DNA from: Nitrososphaeria archaeon | Lineage (GTDB): Archaea; Thermoproteota; Nitrososphaeria; JACIWG01 | Assembly: GCA_963752255.1 (NCBI GenBank) | Contig: CAVVXT010000019.1 | Coordinates: 384,001 to 448,000 of the forward strand | Length of the DNA: 64,000 nucleotides | Reading direction: 5' to 3' | In this document: piece by piece, positions 50,620 through 61,376 of the stretch | Layout of the letters: each line of letters starts with the position of its first letter | How positions within the stretch are numbered: position 1 is the stretch's first letter | Made by a program: the position numbers and the translations under genes | Notes under the pieces: generated by a model | Told to the model about the DNA's origin: nothing | The model's input: the letters and a program-made list of their open reading frames with translations, nothing else | Databases searched by the model: none

Positions 50620-51393
50620 TTATAGCACAACGAGCTCGCGGAGAAGTTGTGTTAGCTCTTTTTTACACGATTCGTATGCTTCAGGTTTCCTGCCTTCCAA
50701 TTTCTTGCTGAGTTTCTTTATTAAAGCCATTTTTTCAGGCGTTACTCTGTGTTCAATCACCTCAGCTAACCATTCTTGGAAGGGGGCTATCTCGTATTTT
50801 TTTGAGCCAAGTTTATTGACATGGACGACTTTTCTGCCGAGGCCTATAAAGTCTGGGCCAAATGGAATCCCTGAAAAACCGAGGTGGTGCACTTGCTTTA
50901 CTTTATTTAACACTAGACGGTTATTCTCTGTGAGGACTTCTTTGTTTGCTGAAGCAGCCACTACCAGACCAATAATGGCAAAATGGTCACCAGCTCGTTT
51001 CATCCACTTCATCTCACACTCAAGGTGGACTTTGCACTCTTCTATGCGGGGAGGCTTAACCTTTTCTGAATCCACTTCGCTAAAACCTGCCAACTCAACC
51101 TTGTTGATCCGCCGGGGGAAACGTTGAGCCATTATCCAAATACGCTCTAGGTAATCCATGCTAGGTAAGTTGACAACAAACTCTTTCGTATCCCTTATGT
51201 TCATATAAGTGTGTTCAAACGGTGCGACCCCGAGCAAAATCATGGGCGGCCAATATGAGATGGGGGTAAAAACCTTGGCAGGCATTCCGTCCACATTTCC
51301 GTATAAATCAACCGTTGTTATCAAGACAACTGGATTCGTTACCACTAAGTTAAGCCAACACTCTAAGGGCACAGTCACCTTAACCGTAGACAT
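50620..51393 (-). CDS. flavin reductase-family protein
   Basis: PVVLITT, HTYMNI..TKEFVVNLP, VKPPRIEECKVHLEC, GDH. Confidence 0.85.
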   Translation of the reverse strand: MSTVKVTVPLECWLNLVVTNPVVLITTVDLYGNVDGMPAKVFTPISYWPPMILLGVAPFEHTYMNIRDTKEFVVNLPSMDYLERIWIMAQRFPRRINKVELAGFSEVDSEKVKPPRIEECKVHLECEMKWMKRAGDHFAIIGLVVAASANKEVLTENNRLVLNKVKQVHHLGFSGIPFGPDFIGLGRKVVHVNKLGSKKYEIAPFQEWLAEVIEHRVTPEKMALIKKLSKKLEGRKPEAYESCKKELTQLLRELVVL

Positions 51394-51442
51394 CCCACCT
51401 TCTAGCACATGCGTCAGATGTTAATAAGAAATTCTGCATTCA

Positions 51443-51474
51443 CTCTTGTGATCTATTGGAGGGAGATGGTAATC
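51443..51474 (+). repeat. 31-bp direct repeat copy 2
   Basis: CTCTTGTGATCTATTGGAGGGAGATGGTAATC. Confidence 0.7.
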
Positions 51475-51560
51475 AGAAGCTTTTACCTGATGTCAGCGGT
51501 GTTTTAGAAGATCTATTATCCTCCGAGTAACTTTGACGTAGAAGATGTAGCTTTGTGATA

Positions 51561-52064
51561 CTATGCTGTTGCCTCTTTTCCGCAATGTGGGCAAAACTTG
51601 GCACCTTCGGGTATAGCTTGGCCACACTGTACGCAGTATTTAACAGTTAATCCTGGGGTAGCAGTTGGAGTTAAGGTAGGTTCTTTCCAGCTAATCGCTA
51701 GAACACCACCGACTATTCCAAGGATAAGACCTGCTCCGAAACCAGCCCAAGCACCCATGAAGCTTAGTATGGAGAACACTAAGATGAGGGTGCCCCACAT
51801 AGTATGGTTCTTTGGTGCCGAGTTGAGCATTATAGCCGAATATATGACGATGACCCCGAACGCCATTCCAATTATGCTCCATACAATACTTAAACCGGGT
51901 CGCCAGATCAGCATCAGCGGCGGTCTGTATGGGCCTAAAAATGTTCTAATGTAGGCTCTTATTAAAACGCTGACTATTAAGTTACCTATGCCGCCTATAA
52001 GAATCAGAACCCCAGAAATCAGCGATAATATGTAAGCGGTAGTCGGCTTTGATTTTGAACTCAT
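51561..52064 (-). CDS. membrane protein with C-terminal zinc ribbon
   Basis: four TM, GLILGIVGGVL; YCVQCG...KFCPHCG. Confidence 0.8.
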   Translation of the reverse strand: MSSKSKPTTAYILSLISGVLILIGGIGNLIVSVLIRAYIRTFLGPYRPPLMLIWRPGLSIVWSIIGMAFGVIVIYSAIMLNSAPKNHTMWGTLILVFSILSFMGAWAGFGAGLILGIVGGVLAISWKEPTLTPTATPGLTVKYCVQCGQAIPEGAKFCPHCGKEATA

Positions 52065-52372
52065 ATTTTGAGGTAAGATAAGGTTGTTATATAAAAATAT
52101 TTTAGATGCTTTATATTTTTTAGCTAACTTGTATCCTGCTTCCGTGACATTCAGAATATTTCGGATGAGATTTTATCTGACGTTGATGAAGATATGTTAA
52201 AGAAAATAGAGTGAGCCCAGTTCTTGGGCTCCTAAGACGAGCAACGTTTTCTCTAAATGAGGTAGTTAGAACAGATGAAATTTGCTCTTCTTTTTTTCTG
52301 TTTCCTTCGGTTTCTGTCCTAGTTCTTCCTCTATTTTGTCTATTTCTGACCAGTTAGCCATTTTTTTCACCG

Positions 52373-53302
52373 TTAAAGGGTTTTCCTCGAACTATTCATT
52401 CGTACTGCGATGGCGAGAAGGACTAGCAGGCTAATGGCCGATAGAAGTACGTAAACAGTTGTTGAATTAAGTGAAGTCAACGGGTTCAAGCTTGCTTGTG
52501 CAGGTATATCAATGGAAAACCCGGATATCGAGAATACGACCTCTCCTCCCAATATGCAAGGCAGCCAAGCCAGCGAAGAGCTTGGGTCACCCTCATAAGC
52601 TCTGATTACGTGTGTGCCGACACCTCCAGTCGCTTTAAAAGTTATGGTCGCATTACCTCCTATGTCTCCGCCGACAAAGCCTCCGCTAACGACAGGTCCT
52701 TCAGTAACAAAATGTGATGTCGCATACCCCCACATGCCGTTGTCATAGGTGAACTTTAGGACGGTAGGGGTAGCGCTAAGTCCCAGTGCGACAGCTTCTG
52801 GTCCACGTGGTGCTCCGTAAACGAAAAGCGTTACTTGTTGTCCTTGCTTGTATCCGGAATTGGATGGTTGTGGGCTAAGCTGCAAGCTCGGTACGATGGT
52901 GAATGTCGCGTTTACGATCCCTGTTCCGACACCGTTCTGAGTAGCATTCACATGATGTGCGATATCACAAAAGTCGTAGGGCGCGATGATCGTTGTGACG
53001 AAGCTGCCATCGGGAGCAACGGGGATGTTCTTCTTTATGAGGTAATAGCCCAAGTGCCCACTTATGCCTGGAACATCAACGATATATCCGAACCATGCTA
53101 GGTTCACCATATTTCCAGGTGTAAAGTTGGTTCCTTGGACAGTGATCGGTGTCTTAACGGGTCCAGCAGGTGGGAGAAGTGTTATAGTCGGATTAGAGAG
53201 TGCCCGAGTAGGTGTTACGGTAAGTCCAATGACTGAAAGCGTCAGTGCGATTGCAATGAAGATTGCTGCGTAATTACGTTTCTGAGTGAACAATTTTTTC
53301 AT
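52373..53302 (-). CDS. secreted, C-terminally anchored protein with Ig-like (IPT/TIG-like) domains
   Basis: signal peptide, P.AGPVKT.ITVQGTNF, C-terminal TM. Confidence 0.7.
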   Translation of the reverse strand: MKKLFTQKRNYAAIFIAIALTLSVIGLTVTPTRALSNPTITLLPPAGPVKTPITVQGTNFTPGNMVNLAWFGYIVDVPGISGHLGYYLIKKNIPVAPDGSFVTTIIAPYDFCDIAHHVNATQNGVGTGIVNATFTIVPSLQLSPQPSNSGYKQGQQVTLFVYGAPRGPEAVALGLSATPTVLKFTYDNGMWGYATSHFVTEGPVVSGGFVGGDIGGNATITFKATGGVGTHVIRAYEGDPSSSLAWLPCILGGEVVFSISGFSIDIPAQASLNPLTSLNSTTVYVLLSAISLLVLLAIAVRMNSSRKTL

Positions 53303-53343
53303 CTCAGATCAAATGGTAAGAACTGCCCTTATTTAAGAGGGTA

Positions 53344-53396
53344 TGCAAATCAAACTATAGTACCATACTGCATATAGTTTCCGCATGAGATTTGCA
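53344..53396. promoter_or_regulatory. nested palindrome in the divergent promoter region (candidate PadR operator)
   Basis: AAACTATA-N13-TATAGTTT (53352-53380) inside TGCAAATC...GATTTGCA. Confidence 0.45.
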
Positions 53397-53507
53397 GTAA
53401 GGACTGAGATTACCGTCTTATTTGGCAGTGGACAGGAAAGTTGGAAATTGTGATCAGTTTCCCGTGCGGAAGACTTAAAAGTATAGTTTTTGTACTTATT
53501 TCCAAAA

Positions 53508-54339
53508 ATGCTCAGGACAAAAGAACTCAGAAAGATCATACTTAGTACTATAGGAGGAAGAACCTTTTATGGATACGAGCTTCATAGGCAGCTGCTTTCT
53601 GAGAATGTAGAAGTAGGAATCAGTCGTCTCTACAGAACCCTGAACATGATGCTTAATGAGAGGTTGCTAGAGGGTAGGTGGGAAAAAAGCCCACTTGGCC
53701 CCAAGAAGCGAATGTACGGACTTGGAGAAAAGGGAAAGAGAGAAAGAGAGAAAATACTTTTTGATGCCATTCAGACAGTCCACAGCTTTTATGGCGAATA
53801 CCTATTGAATCTCCCTCCTAAGATCAATGTCTTTAACAAGATTAGCAGATTACTAGCTACTGGCTTGAAGGGAAAGGTCAGCATAGCGTACGTTATTGAT
53901 GACTATTCAGTAGTGCACGAGAAGGTATTGTATGGTCTCCACAAACAGATACCAGAGGGGAGGATTTACCTCGTTAAGCCTAATTCATTAGAAGTAGACT
54001 TGGGACTTGACAACCTTTTGTCCTTAGAAGGTGGCTGTACCTCTATCCCCCTAAAAGATAACTTCTTGGATTTAGTCGATGTTACAGGTGTTCCGAGAAA
54101 GGACTTATTGGAGGCTTCTTTAAAGGAGTACCATAGGGTGCTGAAGAAAAGCTGGTACGTTGGCTATAATCACACCTACAATTTTCGTACACAAATACGA
54201 GGAGCCTCTAACAATAGGTAACTTCATGGAGAAGTATGAGCATGAAATGCAAGGAACTGAATACACCGATGGGGAGATGATTAGGGCTCTTCTGAAAAAG
54301 TTTTTCACAAAGATCAGAAAGATCGATTATTCACATTAG
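53508..54339 (+). pseudogene. PadR-family winged helix fused to a methyltransferase-like domain, frameshifted near 54150
   Basis: YGYEL, SRLYRTL, GPKKRMYGL; IPLKDNFLD, YHRVLKK then AGTLAIITP...EKYEHE in the +1 frame. Confidence 0.75.
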
Positions 54340-54702
54340 TATTTTCTTGGCGTCTAAACCAATCTTTCCTTAAAACACACGAAATAAATTGAACTATTAT
54401 CTAAGAAAGGGTTTAACAATACAGTCTCAATAACGAACAACTGCATATAGGGTTGGCACAACAAATTGAAATTTGTATTTGATGGTATAACGAAAATAAC
54501 TTTTGCGAATGACACCTATCAGATAAGTAAAGCTTGTACATGTGTAATTATCGACTGCCTTAAAGTTGCTTACTTAATCTTACATCTTATTAGGTATTCG
54601 ATGTTTATCTTCTTTTTATACAAGACCTGTTGTTTACGTTTAAGGCAAGAAAACTTTGCCATAAGAATACTTATTAGATAGCACCTACTCCATTGAAAGA
54701 TT

Positions 54703-55278
54703 ATGGCACAAATTCCCAGCACAAAACCGTCAGCGAGCGAAGCCAGCAATTTAATAGGGCCTGCCTCCATTTTGACCTTGGTTGTCCCCATCGCTGCTCT
54801 GATCGTAGCCTTATTGAGCGGAAGCCTTCTCCTACTCGATTATATTCACGTGCTCACAGGTGGAACTTGGACTGGCATAGACCTATTCATGGGTTTAGTA
54901 ATGAGCAGAGTACTACGTGGACTTGCGCCACAAAGTCGAGCTGAAATGATAAAGAAACTTGTGCCCATCATGCTATTCTTCATGCCCGCCTTAGCTTCGG
55001 TGGCCATCACATCCGGCATCTACCTCGCTGGTCTTGATAATTTAAGCCTGTTCTCCACCCCTATAATCATCGCCGGCATCATTGTACTGATCCTATTTGT
55101 TCAAGGCTTCGGTTTAATCCTGCCAAACGAAATTCGAGTCTTTCTAGAGCTCAGGAAGGAAAGCCCAAACATAGACAAGGTTGTGAAACTTGGCATGAGA
55201 AACATCTATTTCGCAGGTAGCCAGACAATATTCCAGATAGCGATAATATTTGTGATGGCCTACATAGCCGTCATATGA
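54703..55278 (+). CDS. membrane protein (five TM, CopD-like His motif)
   Basis: DYIHVLTGGTWTG.DLFMG, LPNEIR. Confidence 0.75.
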   Translation: MAQIPSTKPSASEASNLIGPASILTLVVPIAALIVALLSGSLLLLDYIHVLTGGTWTGIDLFMGLVMSRVLRGLAPQSRAEMIKKLVPIMLFFMPALASVAITSGIYLAGLDNLSLFSTPIIIAGIIVLILFVQGFGLILPNEIRVFLELRKESPNIDKVVKLGMRNIYFAGSQTIFQIAIIFVMAYIAVI

Positions 55279-55537
55279 TAGCGGTTTCCAACTAGTCAAC
55301 ATCTTGGCTTGAAATTGAAAAGTGGATGCGACTAAAGACCCATAAATAGAATATTTCACCTTATGTCAGGACATAGAAGACAGAGGTCTTCAAACGAAGA
55401 CCAAATAGTTACAGAAAGAATAACAGACTCAAATTATCAGAGACATCAATTACTACGCTATAACGCCTGACATCCTATCAGAGTGGTGACCCTGTAAACT
55501 CTTAAAAGAGAGGCATCTCCTTTATCTGACAGATTAT

Positions 55538-55768
55538 ATGGAGGGGCTTCCTGAAGAGTTTACAAACATTGTAGTTGGGCCACATCGAACGCTAGAGAAT
55601 AGAAGAAATGTCGAGGAACTTGAAAAAGAGCTTCTCCAAAAGATCAAAAAAGAAGGTAAGGTTAACCTCTCGAAACTCTGGCGTTCAACAGACTGCCATC
55701 TATGGGAGATTTCTTATGCTTTGAGAAGGCTCAAGGAGAAAGGTCTTATTGAAGAAATTGAACTATAG
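55538..55768 (+). CDS. small winged-helix DNA-binding protein
   Basis: EISYALRRLKEKGLIEE. Confidence 0.7.
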   Translation: MEGLPEEFTNIVVGPHRTLENRRNVEELEKELLQKIKKEGKVNLSKLWRSTDCHLWEISYALRRLKEKGLIEEIEL

Positions 55769-55819
55769 AAAAGACCACAATATGTAGACTAATCAAGACA
55801 CTCGAAACTTTATATCTTC

Positions 55820-57178
55820 CTAGAATGCCTTGTCTTGTATCCGTCTCAGCTTGAGAAGGAAGGAGTCCTCGTTCAGTTCGACATCCTTGTATCTTATTAT
55901 CCCATCAGAAGGAACCTCTTTGACAAGATGGATGCCTTCGGCAAGCCCAAGAGGCAACAGATCTTCCTTTCTTGCCATATCCGCTCTTTCTGCAACACCA
56001 TAGACGAAGTGCCCTCCCCCGCCATCCAATGTTTCTCCAGGCTTCAGTGTCTTCTTGGCTGCAGCTAGAACCTCAGCAGAAGGTGCCTTAGGAAGTGGAA
56101 CTCCAGTCGGCTCATGGTATAGTGCTACTTGAATCAAGGACATTGATGCTTCAAGGCCCGCCCAATGAAAAGGTCTATAGAAGAGGGCATTTTTACCCCT
56201 TCCTCCTCTTGGTGCTTCATAGGTCTTGAAGAGACCTCTGACATCCCTGCTATCACTAGTGACCACGACAAATACACCCCAACGTATGTCGCGTCTGATT
56301 CTTTTTCCATTCGGACGTACGCGGGTGATCACATCGACGATACCCTCATTTTCCAAAATTCCTCCATCCTTCTTCAAACTTAGGAGTTTGGGCACATCTT
56401 TCACTGAACCTAAGGGAAAATGCATGCCTCTAACATCCGGCTTCAATCCTGTCGCATTGCAGACAGCGACCATTTCTACTGCACATTTCGTCGTGTCAAG
56501 GAAAGAGTTGTACATCTTTGGGTTCAGTCTTAGACGAACTACTTCTTCCTGTGTAAAACCGAATCGCTTTAACGCGTCATCAGGGCTTAAATGTCTCCAT
56601 TCGAGCCTTGCCGCGGTTCCTTCACCGGCAGCTATGACTTTAAATCCACAAGATGCTGCCCAATCATAAAGCTCTGCTATCAAAGCAGGTTGATCTCCAT
56701 AAGCTTGGCTATATACAACACCTTTTTCTTGTGCCATCTTGGCCAAAAGTGGCCCAACTACGCATTCAGCTTCAACTGTAGCCATGACGATGTTCTTTTT
56801 CTTGTTTATCGCATCATAAGCGTGCCTAGCAGCTACTTCTGGAACACCGGTTGATTCGAGGATGACGTCCAAGTTGCTTTCTATCAATACTCTGCTATTT
56901 GTTGTAATCGAGGGAGTGCCCTTCTCTATGTAATGGTTCGCTGTATCGACATCATTGACCTCTACAACATTCTTTGAGTTAAATCGAGCAAATTTTACAT
57001 ACGCGCGGAGCGCTTTATCTTTGTAGACATCTGCTATGATAGAGACTTTGATTCCTGGTATTCTTGATACCTGCCCTATTGCAGAACAACCAAAGAAACC
57101 CGCGCCAATAACGCCCACCTTTACAGGATTACCGTTTTCTTCCCTTTCCTTAAGCCTAAGTCTCATGACCGAACTCAT
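55820..57178 (-). CDS. homoserine dehydrogenase-like NAD(P) oxidoreductase with C-terminal SAF domain
   Basis: GVIGAGFFG, GDQPALI, NSFLDTTK, YRPFH, AKKTLKPGETLDG, LPLGLA. Confidence 0.85.
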   Translation of the reverse strand: MSSVMRLRLKEREENGNPVKVGVIGAGFFGCSAIGQVSRIPGIKVSIIADVYKDKALRAYVKFARFNSKNVVEVNDVDTANHYIEKGTPSITTNSRVLIESNLDVILESTGVPEVAARHAYDAINKKKNIVMATVEAECVVGPLLAKMAQEKGVVYSQAYGDQPALIAELYDWAASCGFKVIAAGEGTAARLEWRHLSPDDALKRFGFTQEEVVRLRLNPKMYNSFLDTTKCAVEMVAVCNATGLKPDVRGMHFPLGSVKDVPKLLSLKKDGGILENEGIVDVITRVRPNGKRIRRDIRWGVFVVVTSDSRDVRGLFKTYEAPRGGRGKNALFYRPFHWAGLEASMSLIQVALYHEPTGVPLPKAPSAEVLAAAKKTLKPGETLDGGGGHFVYGVAERADMARKEDLLPLGLAEGIHLVKEVPSDGIIRYKDVELNEDSFLLKLRRIQDKAF

Positions 57179-57287
57179 TTACATCACACTCAATTATGAT
57201 TACTTTTGAATATGAGTATTTAAAATTTCACCACTTAATTTAAAAAGAAAACTTAGGTCATGAAAATCTCTAATTTTGTTGAAGCCA

Positions 57288-57791
57288 CTATGCCTTCTTT
57301 GTCTCTTTTAGATATGTGGTGTAGCTTGTGTATGGTGGCGTAGCGTTAATCTGCCACATGAGGCAGAGAATTTCTCCTCTGTGGTGTATTTCCTCTTCTA
57401 TAAGATGCAATAGTATGTCCTCAACTCGAAACCTGTTCATTGTATTGTCTTTGCCCAGCCAAGAGACCATCTTATCGAGATCCTGGGGCGTGAGCTTCGC
57501 AAGGTAGGCTCGGCTCTCTGTCTCAACCTCCACCATGTATTTTCTCATTTCTTCTATGCCTTTGAAGTCCTTGTCATAATCGTGAATCGGCCAAAAATCC
57601 ATTTTTCCAGAAGTAAGGCGCTTCAACCAGCCCTCCTCAGCTCCAAGGCTGTGAAGGAAGACGTTTCTCATAGAGTTGAAGCTCGCTTCACGGTTCTCTA
57701 CAACTTTTTCCCAGGGAAGCTTCGACATTGCGTCGAGAAACTTGGCCCTACAATACCAGTTGTATTCAAAAAGTTCCTTAATTTCTACCAT
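57288..57791 (-). CDS. DinB-family protein
   Basis: LFEYNW, SMRNVFLH...E..W, EIHHRGE. Confidence 0.88.
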   Translation of the reverse strand: MVEIKELFEYNWYCRAKFLDAMSKLPWEKVVENREASFNSMRNVFLHSLGAEEGWLKRLTSGKMDFWPIHDYDKDFKGIEEMRKYMVEVETESRAYLAKLTPQDLDKMVSWLGKDNTMNRFRVEDILLHLIEEEIHHRGEILCLMWQINATPPYTSYTTYLKETKKA

Positions 57792-57975
57792 AAGCCATCG
57801 CCTAGAATATTTAGAATAGGGTGATAAAGTTATGGGACCCAGCTTTATTTAAACACCATTTACTAAATTCGACTGGCTTCGCTCTGATGCACTCATAATG
57901 ATCAAGGAGAAGATGAAATATGACGTTTTATGCCACTAGTATGGTTTAAATTATTGTGCTGTGCTAATATATGGC

Positions 57976-59268
57976 ATGGATATAGGAAAGATAAAGTGCT
58001 TTATTCCTGTAGGAGGCCAAGCCAAAAGATTAAGGCCTTTAACGCAGGACATTTCGAAGCCTTGTATTAGACTCCTGAATAGACCGTTAATCGAATTTGC
58101 TATGGCAACCTTGGCTGAACAGGGAATAAAGAGCTTTATTTTTGGGGAAAATGGTTACACGAATTATTCCAACCTTTTTGATCTGTATGGGGAAGGAGTA
58201 GGATTCTCAGCTAAGTATAGGATCCAACCGAGGGCGCACATAAAACATCAACCGAACCTTGACGATCTAGGAAGCGCTGACTCGTATAGGCTTAACATCG
58301 GATACTATGATGTCCGCGACCCGGTGTTAGTAGTTCAAGGAGACAATGTTTTCAACATCGACCTGAAAGGGTTCGTAAAAAGGCATGTAGACACTAAAGC
58401 GATTATGACCATCGCACTTGCTAGAGTCGACAATACTGAAGAGTTCGGCATAGCCGATGTAGCTGATGACTTTCGGATCAAAAATTTTGTTGAGAAACCT
58501 TCTGCAGGTAAATCACCGAGCAATCTTGCAAACGCTGGCCTATACCTACTTTCTCCAGAAGTTCGAACAATAGTTGAAAGCGAAGAAATAAGGAAAATGC
58601 TGGAGGAGAGAAAGAGGCTAGACTTCGGATATGACATCATACCATACTTTATTGAGAAAAACTATCCCATCTACTCCTATGAATTAAATGTCTGGTATGA
58701 TGTAGGCACACCTGGAAGATATTTGAAGGCAATGCATGATGTGCTTTATGGAACCCTGAACATAAGAATCACAGAAGAAAGGGCTATACCGGGCAGAAAC
58801 GTCTGGATTCAAGGATACAGTGAAGAATCAGTCAAGAGAAGGGAAGAAATCATCAAAAAGTACAATGAAAAAAGATTGTCTATAGAAGGCGCTGCCCTAA
58901 TAGGTAGACACACAAGAATAGGGGACAACTCTAGGATCTCTGATTCTAACATCGACAACTTCTGCATATTACGTGATCATGTAGAAGTAGAAAGGTCAGC
59001 GATCTTAGATGCTGTTAGAATTGAAAATTACGCCAAGGTTTCGGACAGCATAGTTGGCAGAAAGGTCGTTATAGAGTCAACCCTTGAAAATTCCACGTAT
59101 ATCGGATCGGGATCGGTCATAGGCAACGCAGTACGCATAGGGGCAGGCTGCAGTCTCATTCAGACAAAAGTCAACCCCGGCCTTGTCATCCCACCCCACA
59201 TGATTTACACGAATTGCTTCTTACAGAACTACGAGGACATTGTAGAATTAGCTTCTCACAAACTCTAA
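57976..59268 (+). CDS. NDP-sugar synthase / nucleotidyltransferase with left-handed beta-helix
   Basis: PVGGQAKRLRPLT, SKP, FVEKP, NAGLY, WYDVGT, hexapeptide repeats. Confidence 0.9.
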   Translation: MDIGKIKCFIPVGGQAKRLRPLTQDISKPCIRLLNRPLIEFAMATLAEQGIKSFIFGENGYTNYSNLFDLYGEGVGFSAKYRIQPRAHIKHQPNLDDLGSADSYRLNIGYYDVRDPVLVVQGDNVFNIDLKGFVKRHVDTKAIMTIALARVDNTEEFGIADVADDFRIKNFVEKPSAGKSPSNLANAGLYLLSPEVRTIVESEEIRKMLEERKRLDFGYDIIPYFIEKNYPIYSYELNVWYDVGTPGRYLKAMHDVLYGTLNIRITEERAIPGRNVWIQGYSEESVKRREEIIKKYNEKRLSIEGAALIGRHTRIGDNSRISDSNIDNFCILRDHVEVERSAILDAVRIENYAKVSDSIVGRKVVIESTLENSTYIGSGSVIGNAVRIGAGCSLIQTKVNPGLVIPPHMIYTNCFLQNYEDIVELASHKL

Positions 59269-59418
59269 AGATATCGTTGTAGTCGCAGGCCCACCTTTTT
59301 TTCTTAGGCAACACTACTCTGTTCGAGGCTTTCTGACATATTATTCAATAAAAAAACAATCGTACACGTGAGCTCAAAAAATAAGTGGGATTGAAATTCT
59401 TTTGAGAGATTGGTTATC

Positions 59419-60423
59419 TTATGGAACTAAGACTGCCCTTCCCACTATCTGACCCTGCTTCAACTTTTGGAGCACATTATTCGCTTCTCTGAGCTTATAT
59501 GCTGTCCATTTAACCTTCACTTTTCCCATTGACGCGATCTTTAGAGCCTCTCTCATGTCATGTCTCGAGCCTATCACACTTGATATAATAGAAATTTCTT
59601 CCGGAAAGACTACGTTGACATTGCCTAACACGCCCATCAGCACGACTCCACCGTGTTTAACAATGCTTAACGCTTGGTCAACCGCTTTCTGTGAGGGTGC
59701 GTGAACCATTGCTACGTCCACCTTCCCTTTTTTTGATATGTAATCCTTAACATCCTCTGACAGAAGGGCATGATCGGCTCCAAGTTCCTCAGCGAGCTTT
59801 AACTGGCCTTCAGACCTGTCAATGGCAACCGTTTCAGCACCAGCTAATTTTGCGAACTGCAGGGACATGTGGCCTACGCCGCCTATGCCTATTACTGCAA
59901 CACTTTGCCCAGGTTTTATTCCAGCCCTCCTTACAGCGCGGTATGCTGTTACACCGGGGCAAAAGAGAGGCGCCCCTTCCTCATACCCCAGATTATCCGG
60001 TAGTTCGTAAATGTAATCATATGGTGCAGCCATGTATTCGGCGTAGCCTCCATCGACTGTTTCTCCTGTCGCATTTTTTGTCAAACACAGGTTTTCATTT
60101 CCGGTCAAACAGTAATCACATCTGCCACAGCTGTCATATAGTACCTGAACACCCACCCTCTGTCCTTCTCGAACTCCCTTCGTATCCTTCCCTACCTTCT
60201 CAATAACTCCAGTTATTTCGTGACCAGGGATTATTGGGAGCTTAGAAGGAACACCGAAAACCTGGAATTCTCCTTCTACCATACTGAGGTTCGAATGGCA
60301 AACACCGCAGGCTTTTATTCTAATAAGTACCTTGTTAGGTTCCAATATGGGATCGGGAACAGATTCGTAAGACATTACCCCACTTTCAATCGGACCAATA
60401 CGACTGCAAACTTGTGCTTTCAA
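59419..60423 (-). CDS. zinc-dependent alcohol dehydrogenase (MDR)
   Basis: CGVCHS, PGHE, CGRCDYC...C, GIGGVG. Confidence 0.92.
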   Translation of the reverse strand: MKAQVCSRIGPIESGVMSYESVPDPILEPNKVLIRIKACGVCHSNLSMVEGEFQVFGVPSKLPIIPGHEITGVIEKVGKDTKGVREGQRVGVQVLYDSCGRCDYCLTGNENLCLTKNATGETVDGGYAEYMAAPYDYIYELPDNLGYEEGAPLFCPGVTAYRAVRRAGIKPGQSVAVIGIGGVGHMSLQFAKLAGAETVAIDRSEGQLKLAEELGADHALLSEDVKDYISKKGKVDVAMVHAPSQKAVDQALSIVKHGGVVLMGVLGNVNVVFPEEISIISSVIGSRHDMREALKIASMGKVKVKWTAYKLREANNVLQKLKQGQIVGRAVLVP

Positions 60424-60548
60424 TCCTTCTATAACCTCACCCTTTCTATAGCCTACTTCCCAATATTAACTTTTCCGAACTCATCCAAGCTACACGGCTA
60501 TGAGATTATTTCACTTCATCTTAGTAATTGCTTGGGTAAATACTCTTC

Positions 60549-61277
60549 CTAGGAAGATTTCTTTAACCTTTCCCGTTTACCGTAAGGACATATGTAGACA
60601 CATAATCCGCAGAGCTGTTCACCTAACTTCTGTTCCCTTCTTTTCATGTAATCATAGCACGCGTGTGCATTAAATCTAATTTCCCTAGGCTCTTTAGGAT
60701 CAAATGGAACCCCTGAAAACGCCTTAGGTGGACATATGTTTACACACGCCCTGCACTCCCCACACTGCACTTTTATAGAAGAACTAGCCTTCAATTTAGC
60801 ATCCGTGAGAATTGTTGCAAATCTTACTCTTGGACCGTATTCTGGAGTTACTAGAAGACAGCTTTTTCCGATCCACCCTAACCCTGCCAAATTCGGTGCA
60901 AGTTTGTTGGAAACCGTCCCCCCGAGTCTGTCATAATCGATGACCTGAGATGCCGGAATCGGATATGCCTTGAAGCCTTCTTTTTGGATCCTTATAGCCA
61001 AGAGCAGCCCGATATGGTCTAACCTAGAGTTAACTGAATTATATAGTGCCCTGTAAGTGAAGATTACGGGGCGCTCCTCATGCCTGTGTAGCTCGTCGAC
61101 AACGGCGTCCATCAGACGAATACCTATTGATATAGCCCTGGGGAACTTCCTCAGGTACTCCCCTCCCTGGTTACATACAAAATCTTGTGCTTCAGTAAGG
61201 TCTGCCACACCGAATAAATCCGCTCCAAGTTCTCTAGCGGTGTTTTCGAGCTCGCATTGAAATGAAGTTTCCACCAA
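60549..61277 (-). CDS. QueG/reductive dehalogenase-like 4Fe-4S protein
   Basis: GADLFGVA, AGLGWIGKS.LLVTPEYGPRVRF.TILTD, CGECRACVNICP, CGLCVYICP; start uncertain. Confidence 0.85.
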   Translation of the reverse strand: MVETSFQCELENTARELGADLFGVADLTEAQDFVCNQGGEYLRKFPRAISIGIRLMDAVVDELHRHEERPVIFTYRALYNSVNSRLDHIGLLLAIRIQKEGFKAYPIPASQVIDYDRLGGTVSNKLAPNLAGLGWIGKSCLLVTPEYGPRVRFATILTDAKLKASSSIKVQCGECRACVNICPPKAFSGVPFDPKEPREIRFNAHACYDYMKRREQKLGEQLCGLCVYICPYGKRERLKKSS

Positions 61278-61376
61278 TATTTTCGGGTTTTGCTCTGAAT
61301 CGCCTTTTATATAAATTTTTGATAGCAAAAGGAAAGAAAGTTAAATATACATGTTAAACATCCGATAGACGATTCA

